Notes: generated from the sequence alone by a model not told the origin. A stretch of DNA of 64,000 nucleotides from a candidate division WOR-3 bacterium (GCA_965649295.1 CBFGKH010000002.1:96001-160000); one strand, 5' to 3'; positions 9,409-19,422 are shown, numbered from the stretch's first letter. Translations and numbers: made by a program.

Positions 9409-10734
9409 ATGCGTCAGGTCCTCTTGTCCCTTGTGCTGGCCGTAGCCGCAGCGTTGGGCGCGGAACTGCGCTGGCTCGGTTCGCTGAACACGCCCTATGC
9501 CGAGGCCCACGGTGTAGCGGCTGACGGCAGCACGGCAGTCGGCTGGGCCGGAGTGCTGAGTCCGCACCGTGCCTGGCTCTGGATTCGGGACTCGGGTATG
9601 ACGGTCATCCGGCCGCCGGCACCCGACCGGGATTGTGAAGCGTGGGGAATCTCGGCTGATGGCCGGGTGGTTGTCGGCTGTACCCATCCCGACAACACCA
9701 GCAACTACCGGGGGTTCTGCTGGAATCGCGACACGATGATTGTGCTGGGAACGCTGGGTGGCCTGACAAGCTGGGCGTATGCGGCGTCGGCCGACGGCTG
9801 GGTTGTTGTCGGCGGTGCCGAGCATTTCTCGGGCTACAATCACGCCTTCCGCTGGCGGCCGGATTCAGGGATGCAGGATTTGGGCGTGCTGCCCGGCGCC
9901 CTGCGCAGTGTTGCCCGGGCGGTGTCGCTTGATGGCGGAGTTGTGGTCGGCTGGTCCGGCTTTCCCGGCCAGATTCACAATGCCTTCCGTTGGGAAGACG
10001 GCCAAATGACAAACATCCACAACCCGAGCTTCGGCGGCAGCGAGGGGCTCGGCGTATCGGGCGACGGGCAGGTCGCAGTCGGTGCTTGGGGGCCGCAGTC
10101 ATTGACCCCCTGCCGGCCGTTCCGTTGGACCGCGGCTACTGGCATGTACGACTTGGGAACGCTGGGTGGCGATTGGGGTGAAGCTTGGGCCGCCAATCGC
10201 GATGGCTCGATTGTTGTCGGCTGGTCAGAAAGAAGCCAAGGCAACTGGGCCGCCTTTCGTTGGAGCGAAGCAACCGGAATGGAAGACCTCAACGCCGTCT
10301 ATCCCGATCTGCTGAGTCCAGGTTCAGTGCTCAGGGACGCAATGGCCATCTCGCCTGATGGCCGATTTATCGCCGGCCGCGGCTACAATGCTGCTACCGG
10401 TGTTGATGAGGCATACCTTCTTGACACTGGTAGTTCAGCGTTTAGCACCGAGAATCATCGGCCGGCCGCAAATAGCGGTGCACAACTGACCAGTTCGCCT
10501 AACCCATTCCGGCAGAGTACAACCTTGAGTGTGTCCGTTCCGTTCCGGACTGCGATTGAACTGGCGGTTTTTGATCTGAGCGGCAAACCGGTCGCCGAAC
10601 TGCTGAATGCGGTTGTTGAGGCCGGCAGTTATGCCCTACCGCTGACTTCTGTTGGACTGGCCAGCGGTACTTATGTCTGCGTCCTCAAAGCCGGTACTAG
10701 CGTCGTTAGCACCCGACTGGTGAGGACGAACTAG
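9409..10734 (+). CDS. Secreted HAF-repeat beta-propeller protein with T9SS-like CTD
   Basis: Repeats A.G.SADG.VVVG...HAFRW...GM.DLG.L; signal peptide MRQVLLSLVLA after a GGAAAGG SD; CTD PNPFRQ...FDLSGK...SGTYV. Confidence 0.9.
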   Translation: MRQVLLSLVLAVAAALGAELRWLGSLNTPYAEAHGVAADGSTAVGWAGVLSPHRAWLWIRDSGMTVIRPPAPDRDCEAWGISADGRVVVGCTHPDNTSNYRGFCWNRDTMIVLGTLGGLTSWAYAASADGWVVVGGAEHFSGYNHAFRWRPDSGMQDLGVLPGALRSVARAVSLDGGVVVGWSGFPGQIHNAFRWEDGQMTNIHNPSFGGSEGLGVSGDGQVAVGAWGPQSLTPCRPFRWTAATGMYDLGTLGGDWGEAWAANRDGSIVVGWSERSQGNWAAFRWSEATGMEDLNAVYPDLLSPGSVLRDAMAISPDGRFIAGRGYNAATGVDEAYLLDTGSSAFSTENHRPAANSGAQLTSSPNPFRQSTTLSVSVPFRTAIELAVFDLSGKPVAELLNAVVEAGSYALPLTSVGLASGTYVCVLKAGTSVVSTRLVRTN

Positions 10735-10765
10735 CCGCTGTTCCCAGTTAGCAGCGGTCAGTCTC

Positions 10766-10797
10766 GGCGGTGGCGGGATGCAAACACCGCCGCCGTC
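10766..10797. terminator. GC-rich hairpin between convergent genes
   Basis: GGCGGTGGCGG-gatgcaaaca-CCGCCGCCGTC (stem includes G-U pairs). Confidence 0.55.
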
Positions 10798-10804
10798 CTG
10801 TTCG

Positions 10805-12397
10805 TCAGCGAAGTATCGCTATCCTGCTTGTCAATGTCTGCTTGCCGTTCTCACTCGTTGCCGTGTGCAAGAAGTAAACTCCGGGTGCGAGACGGGAGAT
10901 GTCGTTCGGGCCGGGCAAGAGGTCGAGTACCTTGCGGCCAGTGGCGTCGAGCAGGGCGATTGGCAATTGCAAGTTGCAGGATGCAAAGGGTAAGTTGAGG
11001 GTGTTGCGGACGATGGTCGGGCCGGAGCGCGGCGCCGGGATCGCATCGTTCATCGCTTCGGTGACGCCGAAGGTCTGGACGTACTTGACGGTCAGGTAGT
11101 CAAAGCCCTGAGCGTTGCTCATGCTGAACCCGGTGACGTAGACGTTGCGTTCGGAGTCGAGCGCGATGGCCACAGGCTGGTCCCAGTCGTCGGCATAGCC
11201 GCTGTAGCGAATCTGCCAGCGCGGTCGGCCTTCGGGGGTGACACTGATGGTGTGGTAGTCGTACTGGGTTGCCGGGTCGAACCCGTAGCCGGTGACATAG
11301 CTGTTGCCGTCTTCGTCCACGGCGAAGGCAGTGGGCCAGTTGCCATAGCCGGAGTAGTCCCAGCGGAAGGCCCAGAGCGAATCGCCGAGCGGGCTGTAGC
11401 AGACCACGACGTAGTCGGCAAATGAGCCAGTGTAACAGGCGTGACCGGCAGCGTAGATGCGGCCGCGGCCGTCCACGCCGATGCCCACGACTTCGTCATC
11501 CTCGCTGGCCGAGCCGTCGAGGCGGCGGCTCCAGAGAGTGTCACCATGAGTGCTGAACTTGACCACCGCGACGTCCCGGCCGGTGCTCGGGCGCTCGCTG
11601 TAACCGCCGACGTAGATGTTCTGGGACTGGTCAACCAGCAGGCAGGTCGGCCTGTCCTCGGTGAAGCCGCCGGCTCCGGCCCAGCGGCCGGTCCAGAGCG
11701 TCTCGCCGGCCGAGTTGTACTTGATGAGGACGATGTCCTGGCTGGTGCTGCCGCCGTAGCTGGTTCCTGTCACATAGATGTTGCCGGCCGTATCGAGCGC
11801 GAGCGCGACGGCTTCATCGGCCTGGCTGGCCGGGCCGTCGTAGTGCGCGGTCCAGAACGTATCGCCCTGGGCCGAATAGCGGATTGTCGTGATGTCCCAG
11901 TTGCGGGCCGGGCCAAAGGCCGCGCCGGTGACAACCACGTCACCATTGGAGCAGACAGCAATCGCCCGTGGTTCGTCATCGTGGTGCAGGCTGCCGTCGT
12001 AGTAGGTGGTCCACCAGATGACACCATTGGTATCGTGCTGAGCGGTCATCCAGTCGTAGCGGCTGCCGCTCACCCAGACCCGGCCGGTCACATAGCAGTT
12101 GCCGGCCGCGTTCACAGCCAGGGCCTTGGCCTGAGCGCTCGTATCGCCGCGGCCGTCGTAGCGCCGGAACCAGCGGGAAGTGCCGTCGGCGTTGTAACAG
12201 AGCGTGGCGAAGTCCTCAATTGAGTCATCGTCGAAGCTGTGGCCGGTAACGTAGAGCCGACCGGCGCGGATCGCGAGCGCCGCGGGCCAGTCGGTTGAAT
12301 CGCCGGCACCGTTGAACCGGCGCGACCAGGTAGTGTCAACGCCATCGGCCAGTGCCACGGCGAACAGCAGCAGGGGCAGAAGCAGGCAGCGGTGCAA
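10805..12397 (-). CDS. Secreted SBBP-repeat beta-propeller protein with T9SS-like CTD
   Basis: Repeats A.A.D..GN.YVTG.S....D..T.KY...G.TLW; signal peptide; CTD LLDATGRKVLDLLPGPND. Confidence 0.88.
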   Translation of the reverse strand: MHRCLLLPLLLFAVALADGVDTTWSRRFNGAGDSTDWPAALAIRAGRLYVTGHSFDDDSIEDFATLCYNADGTSRWFRRYDGRGDTSAQAKALAVNAAGNCYVTGRVWVSGSRYDWMTAQHDTNGVIWWTTYYDGSLHHDDEPRAIAVCSNGDVVVTGAAFGPARNWDITTIRYSAQGDTFWTAHYDGPASQADEAVALALDTAGNIYVTGTSYGGSTSQDIVLIKYNSAGETLWTGRWAGAGGFTEDRPTCLLVDQSQNIYVGGYSERPSTGRDVAVVKFSTHGDTLWSRRLDGSASEDDEVVGIGVDGRGRIYAAGHACYTGSFADYVVVCYSPLGDSLWAFRWDYSGYGNWPTAFAVDEDGNSYVTGYGFDPATQYDYHTISVTPEGRPRWQIRYSGYADDWDQPVAIALDSERNVYVTGFSMSNAQGFDYLTVKYVQTFGVTEAMNDAIPAPRSGPTIVRNTLNLPFASCNLQLPIALLDATGRKVLDLLPGPNDISRLAPGVYFLHTATSENGKQTLTSRIAILR

Positions 12398-12406
12398 AGA
12401 GCCTCC

Positions 12407-13783
12407 TTAGCGGGTAACTACGACACGAATGACATCCGGTCCGAGACGGAAGAAGTACACACCGGGACTGAGGCCGGAAACGTCGTTCGGGCCGGGCAAG
12501 AGGTCGAGTACCTTGCGGCCAGTGGCGTCGAGCAGGGCGATTGGCAATTGCAAGTTGCAGGATGCAAAGGGTAGGTTGAGGGTGTGGCTGACGATGGTTG
12601 AGGACCAAGGCGGCGTTTGTATCTCGCCTGGCCGTTCTTCTTGTTTTCCTGTACCGGCTTCAGTGCGGAGAAGGCAGATGTCATACCTGCCCGCTGTCTG
12701 CCAGTCGGTTCGGCCGCAGAGGACGTAGCCGCCGCTAGATACTTCTTGCGCCGAGTAGCAGTAATCGTAGCCCGAGTCGGTGCCGTAGCTGGCGGTCCAG
12801 AGCGTGTCGCCAGCAGAGTTGAACCGCACCAGCCAGATGTTGATGTCGTTAGGATGGGGATAGTGCCAGCCGCCGCAGAGAAATCCGCCGTCAGTAGTTG
12901 GCGCGACCGAACCGAATTCCTCTCCCAGTTCGTAGGTGCCGATTCTTCTTGTCCAGAGCGTGTCGCCGTTGGCCCGAGTGCGGACGATGTAGCCATCGCT
13001 GTACAGGCCGCGGGCAACATAGCCGGCAAAGACGAGACCGCTGTCCGGTGTCTGCAGCAGCGAGACAGCCGACGAGACTCCGGAACCGAAACCGCGGGTC
13101 CAGAGGGTGTCGCCATTCTGATTCAGCCGGAGCAACCAGATGCCGCTGCCCTGGATGCCAACAACAGCGTAGCCACCGTCAGCGGTGTTGATGACTGCCT
13201 CACCCCGCTCGTAGTACTGCGGCCGGCCGTAGATCCTCTCCCACTCAACGTAGCCAGCCGCATCGGTCTTGAGCAGATAGAGGTTGTGGTCCGAGCCGTC
13301 ATAGCGGTGACCGGTGGCAATGAAGCCGTTATCAGGAGTCTCGGCCACCTCGAACAAGTAGTCGGCTTCAGTACCGCTGCCGCCGTAGTGGTTCCGCCAC
13401 AACTCGTTACCCAAGCTGTCGAACCGCCAGAGAACAGCATCGTAGGAGTAATAATTGGTGTAGCCAAGAACGACATAACCGTTGTCGTGAGTTTGGCGAA
13501 CGCAGTAGGTTTGACAGATGTCGCCGGTGCGGAAGTTCAGGATGCGATTCCAGAGCTCGCGACCGAGATTGTCGGTCCGGATTAGATAACCACACATGCT
13601 TCGCGGCGGATAGGAGTTTGACCAGCCGGTGAGAACAAACCCGCCGTCGTGGCATTCTTCAACCCACCAGCCCCATTCATCCTGTTCACCGCCGAACAGC
13701 CGCAGCCAGAGCGTGTCCGGCGGTTCGGCATGAAGGAGGCTGCAGAGCAGGACAGCAAGTAGTAGGACTGCCCTGCGTGACAT
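12407..13783 (-). CDS. Secreted beta-propeller repeat protein (T.DGGY...GDTLW repeats) with T9SS-like CTD
   Basis: About seven T.DGG[FY]..G....L.R.D..G..LW repeats; AGGAGG SD; CTD. Confidence 0.85.
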   Translation of the reverse strand: MSRRAVLLLAVLLCSLLHAEPPDTLWLRLFGGEQDEWGWWVEECHDGGFVLTGWSNSYPPRSMCGYLIRTDNLGRELWNRILNFRTGDICQTYCVRQTHDNGYVVLGYTNYYSYDAVLWRFDSLGNELWRNHYGGSGTEADYLFEVAETPDNGFIATGHRYDGSDHNLYLLKTDAAGYVEWERIYGRPQYYERGEAVINTADGGYAVVGIQGSGIWLLRLNQNGDTLWTRGFGSGVSSAVSLLQTPDSGLVFAGYVARGLYSDGYIVRTRANGDTLWTRRIGTYELGEEFGSVAPTTDGGFLCGGWHYPHPNDINIWLVRFNSAGDTLWTASYGTDSGYDYCYSAQEVSSGGYVLCGRTDWQTAGRYDICLLRTEAGTGKQEERPGEIQTPPWSSTIVSHTLNLPFASCNLQLPIALLDATGRKVLDLLPGPNDVSGLSPGVYFFRLGPDVIRVVVTR

Positions 13784-13798
13784 GATTTCCTCCTTGAC

Positions 13799-15202
13799 CT
13801 ATTTCAGCTTTATCACTTTGCTTGTTGCGGGTCGTCTGTCGGCTACCGGCGTGTCGAGAAAGTAGATGCCGGGACTGAGGCGGGAGAGGTCGTTCGGGCC
13901 GGGACGCAAGTCGAGCACCTTGCGGCCGGTGGCGTCGAGGAGGGCGATTGGAGATTGCAGGCTGCAAGACGCCGAAGGCAAATTGAGGGTGCGACGGACG
14001 ATGGTCGAATTGCGTCCTGGCAATTGCACCGTGGAGCTTGATAGTTCCGCGACTGCGCCGGCAGCAAGGTTGCGCTTGTGGTAGATTTCGAAGTTGCCCT
14101 CGCGGTTGTCGTAGAAGAGGACGTGCGCCCGGGCGCCGGTTGCGGCAATGTTCGCGGTGCCCATTCCCGGGACTGTAGTTAATGTGGTTTCGGCAGACCA
14201 GGTCTGACCGTTGTCGGTAGAGCTGCGGTAGGCGATACCGAACTGGCCTGCGGACCAAGCGCGATAGACGATGTGAACATTGCGGCCGGCCGTGGCGAGG
14301 GCAGGATAGTCAGAGCCGTAGAGCGTGTCGGCGAGATACTGTTCGGCCGACCAGGTTTGGCCGTTGTCGGTCGAGCCGCGGTACCAGATGCCGTAGCCGC
14401 CGTCACGGCCGTCCCACCAGCAGATATGCACGTTCGGGCCGGACACTGCCACCATCGGTTGGTTCTGGGCGGTCGGGTCGCTGGTGACGCGCGTTCGCGG
14501 CTCCCATGTCGTACCGTTGCTGGTCGAGCGCATGAACCAGACCGAGTTGACGCTCGTGTTCCAGCCAACTCGGGTCCAGACCAAGTAGCGATTGGTGCCA
14601 GCGAGGACAAGACACATCTCCTTGTCCAGTACTGAGTCGGTGTCAATAGTCAGACGGGTGTCAACCGTCCAGTGCTGGCCCGCATCGCTCGACTGCTTGT
14701 AGTAGAGTTCGCCGTTCCAGTTGCCGTCGCGGCTGTCGCACCAGGCCAGGCCAACGTTCTGGCCCGCGGCAGAAAGGAATGGGCTGCTGCAGCTCCGGGT
14801 TGATACGACCAGCGATTCCTCGGCCAGCCACGATGCGCCGCCATCGGTCGAGCGGCGGTACTTCATTATCCGGTAGCCGCTGATTTCCCAGACGACGTGA
14901 ACGAACTCGCCGGATGCAGTCAGAGTTGCACCAGAGACATTGCCGTCGGTCTGCGGACTCAGGCGGAAAGGAGCGGACCAGGACTCGCCAGCGTCGAGCG
15001 AGCGGGTGTAGTAGAGGCTGAAGGTGTCGGTTCGGTTGTCAACAAAGATGACGTGCAGGGTGTCGCCGCGGGCGACGATGCACTGCTGGCCGCAAAGATA
15101 GGAATCGGCGGGGTCATCGGTCAGGCGTTGGTCCGGCTCCCACTGGCCGAGCGCAATGCCGGCTACGGCACCCAGAATCATCCCAACTAGAGAAACTCGC
15201 AT
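13799..15202 (-). CDS. Secreted BNR/Asp-box (sialidase-like) beta-propeller with T9SS-like CTD
   Basis: Asp-boxes SLDAGESW, STDGGASW, SSDAGQHW, STSNGTTW and STDNGQTW (twice); CTD. Confidence 0.88.
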   Translation of the reverse strand: MRVSLVGMILGAVAGIALGQWEPDQRLTDDPADSYLCGQQCIVARGDTLHVIFVDNRTDTFSLYYTRSLDAGESWSAPFRLSPQTDGNVSGATLTASGEFVHVVWEISGYRIMKYRRSTDGGASWLAEESLVVSTRSCSSPFLSAAGQNVGLAWCDSRDGNWNGELYYKQSSDAGQHWTVDTRLTIDTDSVLDKEMCLVLAGTNRYLVWTRVGWNTSVNSVWFMRSTSNGTTWEPRTRVTSDPTAQNQPMVAVSGPNVHICWWDGRDGGYGIWYRGSTDNGQTWSAEQYLADTLYGSDYPALATAGRNVHIVYRAWSAGQFGIAYRSSTDNGQTWSAETTLTTVPGMGTANIAATGARAHVLFYDNREGNFEIYHKRNLAAGAVAELSSSTVQLPGRNSTIVRRTLNLPSASCSLQSPIALLDATGRKVLDLRPGPNDLSRLSPGIYFLDTPVADRRPATSKVIKLK

Positions 15203-15337
15203 TACTCCTCCTTGGAGTCACGACGTTATCGGCTTGCCGGACACGTCGCGCCCGCTGTCTGCCAACCCGCAAGTGTGACGGCGGTCCGCCGTAGCCGTTG
15301 CCAGATGGTAAGCCGAAAAGGATGGCTGTCAATAGCG

Positions 15338-15370
15338 CTGCTGGCAGCCGCCTATTGCAGCTGCCAGCAG
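15338..15370 (-). terminator. 11-bp stem hairpin after the 914-aa gene
   Basis: CTGCTGGCAGC-N11-GCTGCCAGCAG. Confidence 0.55.
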
Positions 15371-15392
15371 GCGTCTTGCTCAGGCGCGAAAG

Positions 15393-18137
15393 CTACTTCA
15401 AGATTATCTTGGCTCCTGATTTCAGGGGCGAGAGCGCAGATGCTCGGTGGATGAAATAGACTCCGGGCGCGAGGCCGGAGACATCATTGGGGCCGGGCGC
15501 AAGGTCGAGCACCTTGCGGCCGGTGGCGTCGAGCAGAGCGATTGGCGACTGCAAATTGCAAGATGCAAAAGGCAAGTTGAGGGTGTTGCGGACAAGGGTC
15601 GGGCTCGCAACTGGTGTTCGAGCATCGGTGCGCGGCGTTTCGGCAATGCCGGGCACTGGGTTCAGCTTGCCCCAGATGCGGTGGGTGCTGTAAGTTCTGC
15701 CCCCAACCGTTCCGGCCCAGCCCTGATACACCAGAAACAGTTGGCCACCAGAGCCGCGCACCAAGGCTGGAAACCACTGACAGCCTCTCTGCCTGACTAC
15801 CGGTCCGCTGTCAAGGATAGTGCCAGCCGGGCTCACCCGCGCTCCGTAGATGTCAGTCTCGTCCCCGTCGTAGCGATTGTGCTCCCAGACAACGAGAAAC
15901 TCAGTACCGGTGAAGGCAACCTCCGGTGAGTATTTGTGATACGCTGTGGTGCAAACGACAATGCCCTGAGTGTCGAGCACAGTTCCATTCCGACTTACTC
16001 GGGCAGCGTAGATGTCGGTAATAGCGTTACCAGGATGGTACTCCCAGACAATAAGGAAGTTGGTGCCGTCAAAGGCAAGGGCTGGTACTTCTTCGCTACC
16101 GGCGGCCGTGCTTATCGGAATGCCCTGAGGGTCAAGGACGGTGCCGCCGGGCGTGACGCGCGCTCCGTAGATGTCGTAGTAAGTGCCACCGGTCCGGTAG
16201 TGCTGCCAGACTACAAGGTAGTTTGTCCCGTCGAAGGCAACCGCGGGGTCGTGCTGGTAGTTCGGGGCGGTCATGATGGGAATGCCGCCGGGGTCAAGGA
16301 CCTCGCCGTTCGGGCTAACTCGTGCGCCGTAGATGTCGTCGTTCCCCCAGCGTCCGTCGCTCCAGACAACAAGGTAGTTTGTCCCGTCAAAGGCGACCGC
16401 GCTTCCGTACTGGGCGCGCGCCGCAGTTGAGATGGGAATGCCCTGCGGGTCGAGCACCGCGCCGGTTGGACTTACTCGCGCGCCGTAGATGTCGGCATAG
16501 CCGGTATTGCTGCGAAAGTCAGTCCAGGTGACGAGGTAGTTCGTTCCGTCGAAGGCGACCGCCGGACAGTCCTGCCAGTGCGGCGCGGTAGAAACAGGAA
16601 TGCCTTGCGGATCGAGCACCGTGCCGTCGGGACCGACTCTGGCGCCATAGATGTCATCATAGAAGTCAACACTGTCGTTGCGGGTGTCGGTCCAGACGAC
16701 AAAGTAGTTCGAGCCGTCATATGCGCTCGCCGGCCACCAGTGTTCGTAGGTTCCGTACGACAGGACAACACCCTGCGGGTCGAGGACAGTGCCGCCAGGA
16801 CTGACACGCGCACCATAGATGTCGATGTCATCTTCGCCACGGCGATAGTCTTCCCAGACCACAAGGAAGTTGTTACCGTCGAAAGCGAGTGCCGGCCAAT
16901 CCTCGTCGTAACTGCCGGCAGATATCACGATAGCCTGCGTGTCAAGAACTGTGCCGCTGGGAGTCACCCGTGCACCATGGATATCAGTGTAGTCACCAAG
17001 AGTACTGGTCCAGACCACCAGGTAGTTAGAGCCGTCAAAGCTGACACGTGGTAATTCCTGGTCGTCGGCGGCAGTTGAGATGGCGATGCCCTGAGGATCA
17101 AGGACTGTCCCTTCAGGACTCACCCGCGCACCGTAGATATCCCAATAGCCATGGCGATAGTCCTGCCAGACTACAAACCAGTTGTTACCGTCAGCAAGAA
17201 CGGCAGGACTCTTTTCGTTGTAGGTCGAATCGGCTGAGACTGGTATGCCTTCAGGGTCGCGCACCACCCCGGCCGGACTGACCCGGGCAGCGTAGATGTC
17301 AGTCGCCCAAAGCCCTGTCTGTTTAATCCAAGCAACAAGGAAATCTGTACCGTTGAAAGCGATAACAGGCCAATACTGCCTGCCGGGTGCGGTTGATATG
17401 GGAATCCCCTGAGGGTCAAGCACATTGCCGCCAGGCGTTACCCGGGCGCCGTAGATATCGTCATTGGCACTCCAGACGACGAAGTACACCCCTTGGGCAA
17501 AGGCAACTGACGGCCCCAATGCACCTGTGTTCAAGGAGATAGGGATGCCGTCAGTGTCAAGAACAGTGCCGTCCTGGCTGACTCGTGCACCGTAGATACT
17601 CGGATTTAGCCGATCATGGCGCCAGTCTTCCCAGACTACGAAGTAGTTGACTCCATCGAACGCGACCCCACCCGTCCACTGGTTATCAGGTGCGGCGCTG
17701 ATGACGACCGGGAGTGTGTCAAGCACGACGCCGCTGGGGCTGACTCGTGTGCAATGTATGTCGTAATTACCAGAACTGCCGTCCTGCCACACGACCAAGT
17801 AGTTGGTTCCGCCAAATTCCACCGCCGGATAGTCCTCACTACCTTGGGCGACTACGACAGTCCGGTTGGTGTCCAATAGAAACTCGCCGTCGTCGGCGAG
17901 CTGCTCTTTGCCTGTTGTCCGCTCTTCTATTCGGCCGCGGTGCTGGTGCGGCTTTCCTGTTCGGCCTGACTCCAGGGTAGTAGCTCCACCAAATCTTCGG
18001 TTGCGACGCACCGACCGTACGACTTCCTGCGGGTCAAAGCCGGTGGGAGCGCAATCCTGCTGGCAAAACAGGTCATAGGGCGCTGCCAGCGCGACCAGGG
18101 CCAGACTCAGAAGTAGGGTCATCACTACTCTTTTCAT
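15393..18137 (-). CDS. Secreted repeat protein (about 14 FDGTNYLVVW...DIYGARV...GTVLDPQG repeats, probable double beta-propeller) with T9SS-like CTD
   Basis: 13 clear and 1 degenerate repeats of about 55-58 aa counted in the translation; signal peptide; CTD. Confidence 0.85.
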   Translation of the reverse strand: MKRVVMTLLLSLALVALAAPYDLFCQQDCAPTGFDPQEVVRSVRRNRRFGGATTLESGRTGKPHQHRGRIEERTTGKEQLADDGEFLLDTNRTVVVAQGSEDYPAVEFGGTNYLVVWQDGSSGNYDIHCTRVSPSGVVLDTLPVVISAAPDNQWTGGVAFDGVNYFVVWEDWRHDRLNPSIYGARVSQDGTVLDTDGIPISLNTGALGPSVAFAQGVYFVVWSANDDIYGARVTPGGNVLDPQGIPISTAPGRQYWPVIAFNGTDFLVAWIKQTGLWATDIYAARVSPAGVVRDPEGIPVSADSTYNEKSPAVLADGNNWFVVWQDYRHGYWDIYGARVSPEGTVLDPQGIAISTAADDQELPRVSFDGSNYLVVWTSTLGDYTDIHGARVTPSGTVLDTQAIVISAGSYDEDWPALAFDGNNFLVVWEDYRRGEDDIDIYGARVSPGGTVLDPQGVVLSYGTYEHWWPASAYDGSNYFVVWTDTRNDSVDFYDDIYGARVGPDGTVLDPQGIPVSTAPHWQDCPAVAFDGTNYLVTWTDFRSNTGYADIYGARVSPTGAVLDPQGIPISTAARAQYGSAVAFDGTNYLVVWSDGRWGNDDIYGARVSPNGEVLDPGGIPIMTAPNYQHDPAVAFDGTNYLVVWQHYRTGGTYYDIYGARVTPGGTVLDPQGIPISTAAGSEEVPALAFDGTNFLIVWEYHPGNAITDIYAARVSRNGTVLDTQGIVVCTTAYHKYSPEVAFTGTEFLVVWEHNRYDGDETDIYGARVSPAGTILDSGPVVRQRGCQWFPALVRGSGGQLFLVYQGWAGTVGGRTYSTHRIWGKLNPVPGIAETPRTDARTPVASPTLVRNTLNLPFASCNLQSPIALLDATGRKVLDLAPGPNDVSGLAPGVYFIHRASALSPLKSGAKIILK

Positions 18138-18149
18138 CTTTCCTCCTTC

Positions 18150-19403
18150 TCATCGTTGAATGATGACCTTACGCATATCGGATTTCTGGCAGACGAAATA
18201 GACTCCGGGTGCGAGGCGGGAGAGGTCGTTTGGGCCGGGTAAGAGGTCAAGCACCTTGCGGCCCGAGGCGTCGAGGAGGGCGATGGGGAAATGCAAGCTG
18301 CAAGTTGTCGAAGGCAAGTTGAGGGTGTTGCGGACGATGGTCGGGCTGACGAGGTGCGGGGCAGAAGGTGAGGGGTGTGGTTCAGCGGTTCCGGTGGTAA
18401 TGCCGGTGCCGCGGTAGTGGACAGCAAGGGTTCGGTAGCCGCAGACGCAGTGCAGGCCGAGAGTGCCGGCGGAGTCGAGCACGCCATAGGCTGCGGCCTG
18501 AATGTTCTCAGGCAAGCTGGTCTCGTTGGACCACTGGTTGGTATGCTTGTCGTAGCAGGCGACGCCGTTCGTTGATGTCCAGCCGTTGCCGCCGCCCCAG
18601 GCCCAGATGTAGCCGCCGGCAGCGCCAAGGCAGCAGGAGTTGCCGGCAGTGTTTGGCGGGGCGTCGGGCAGTATCTTCCAGACGCCGGTGGCAGGATTGT
18701 AGCGCTGAAACCCGAGTGAGTTCTGCCAACCGCCAAGTTGCCAGACCTGGTCGTCGGCAACACAGATAGCACCGTAGTAGTTGCCGGGCAGGGCGGGTTG
18801 GGGACGCGCTTCCCAGGTGCCTTCGCGGATGCTATAACGATGAAACTCGCAGACCTCCTGGCTCAGGCGGTGGATGAGAAAGACCGAATCGCCGACCACG
18901 GCGGCCATATTGCCGGTCCAGGGATTGCCCGGATACTCAGGCACTTCGGTGCTGGACCAAGTGTTGGTTGCTTTTGTCCAGTGGTAACAGGTTTTGTAGG
19001 TGGCAGCCGGGGTGTAGCGGCCGAAGACGTAGATGCCAGATGAGTCGGTGCCAACGCCGTCATCGGTCCACCAGACCGCAGCCTGATTGCAATTGGGCTC
19101 GGGCAAGGGCGCAATTGTTGACCACTGGCCGGTGCGGATGTTGTACCGGTAGCAGTCGCTGTAGATTTCACCGTTGCGACCGCCGATAACATACAAGTAT
19201 TGTGTGTCGCCGGGTTCGACGCAGGACATTGGCCGGAACCGACCGCTGGCAGGATAAGTCGGTTGGCTATACCAAGTGATACTGAAAAGCTCGACCGCGG
19301 TTGGGGCTGGCAGTTGGATAAGCTCGGACGGACCGTCAGCCGGGTCGGGCATTGCGGTGACCAGTGACACGGCCACCAGCACGAGCAGTGTCAGCTTAAT
19401 CAT
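18150..19403 (-). CDS. Secreted Kelch-repeat protein with T9SS-like CTD
   Basis: LYVIGG..RYN...W, VWQLGG..YNP.T..W, IWAWGG; ATG 19403 after AGGAGG; CTD. Confidence 0.85.
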   Translation of the reverse strand: MIKLTLLVLVAVSLVTAMPDPADGPSELIQLPAPTAVELFSITWYSQPTYPASGRFRPMSCVEPGDTQYLYVIGGRNGEIYSDCYRYNIRTGQWSTIAPLPEPNCNQAAVWWTDDGVGTDSSGIYVFGRYTPAATYKTCYHWTKATNTWSSTEVPEYPGNPWTGNMAAVVGDSVFLIHRLSQEVCEFHRYSIREGTWEARPQPALPGNYYGAICVADDQVWQLGGWQNSLGFQRYNPATGVWKILPDAPPNTAGNSCCLGAAGGYIWAWGGGNGWTSTNGVACYDKHTNQWSNETSLPENIQAAAYGVLDSAGTLGLHCVCGYRTLAVHYRGTGITTGTAEPHPSPSAPHLVSPTIVRNTLNLPSTTCSLHFPIALLDASGRKVLDLLPGPNDLSRLAPGVYFVCQKSDMRKVIIQR

Positions 19404-19422
19404 CAAGCCTCCTTGCACGATG

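Noticed and set aside
10800..18330. Diversity-generating retroelement TR/VR pairs among the repeated CTD sequences
   Set aside because: Differences are not adenine-specific, all copies are coding, and there is no reverse transcriptase in the window.
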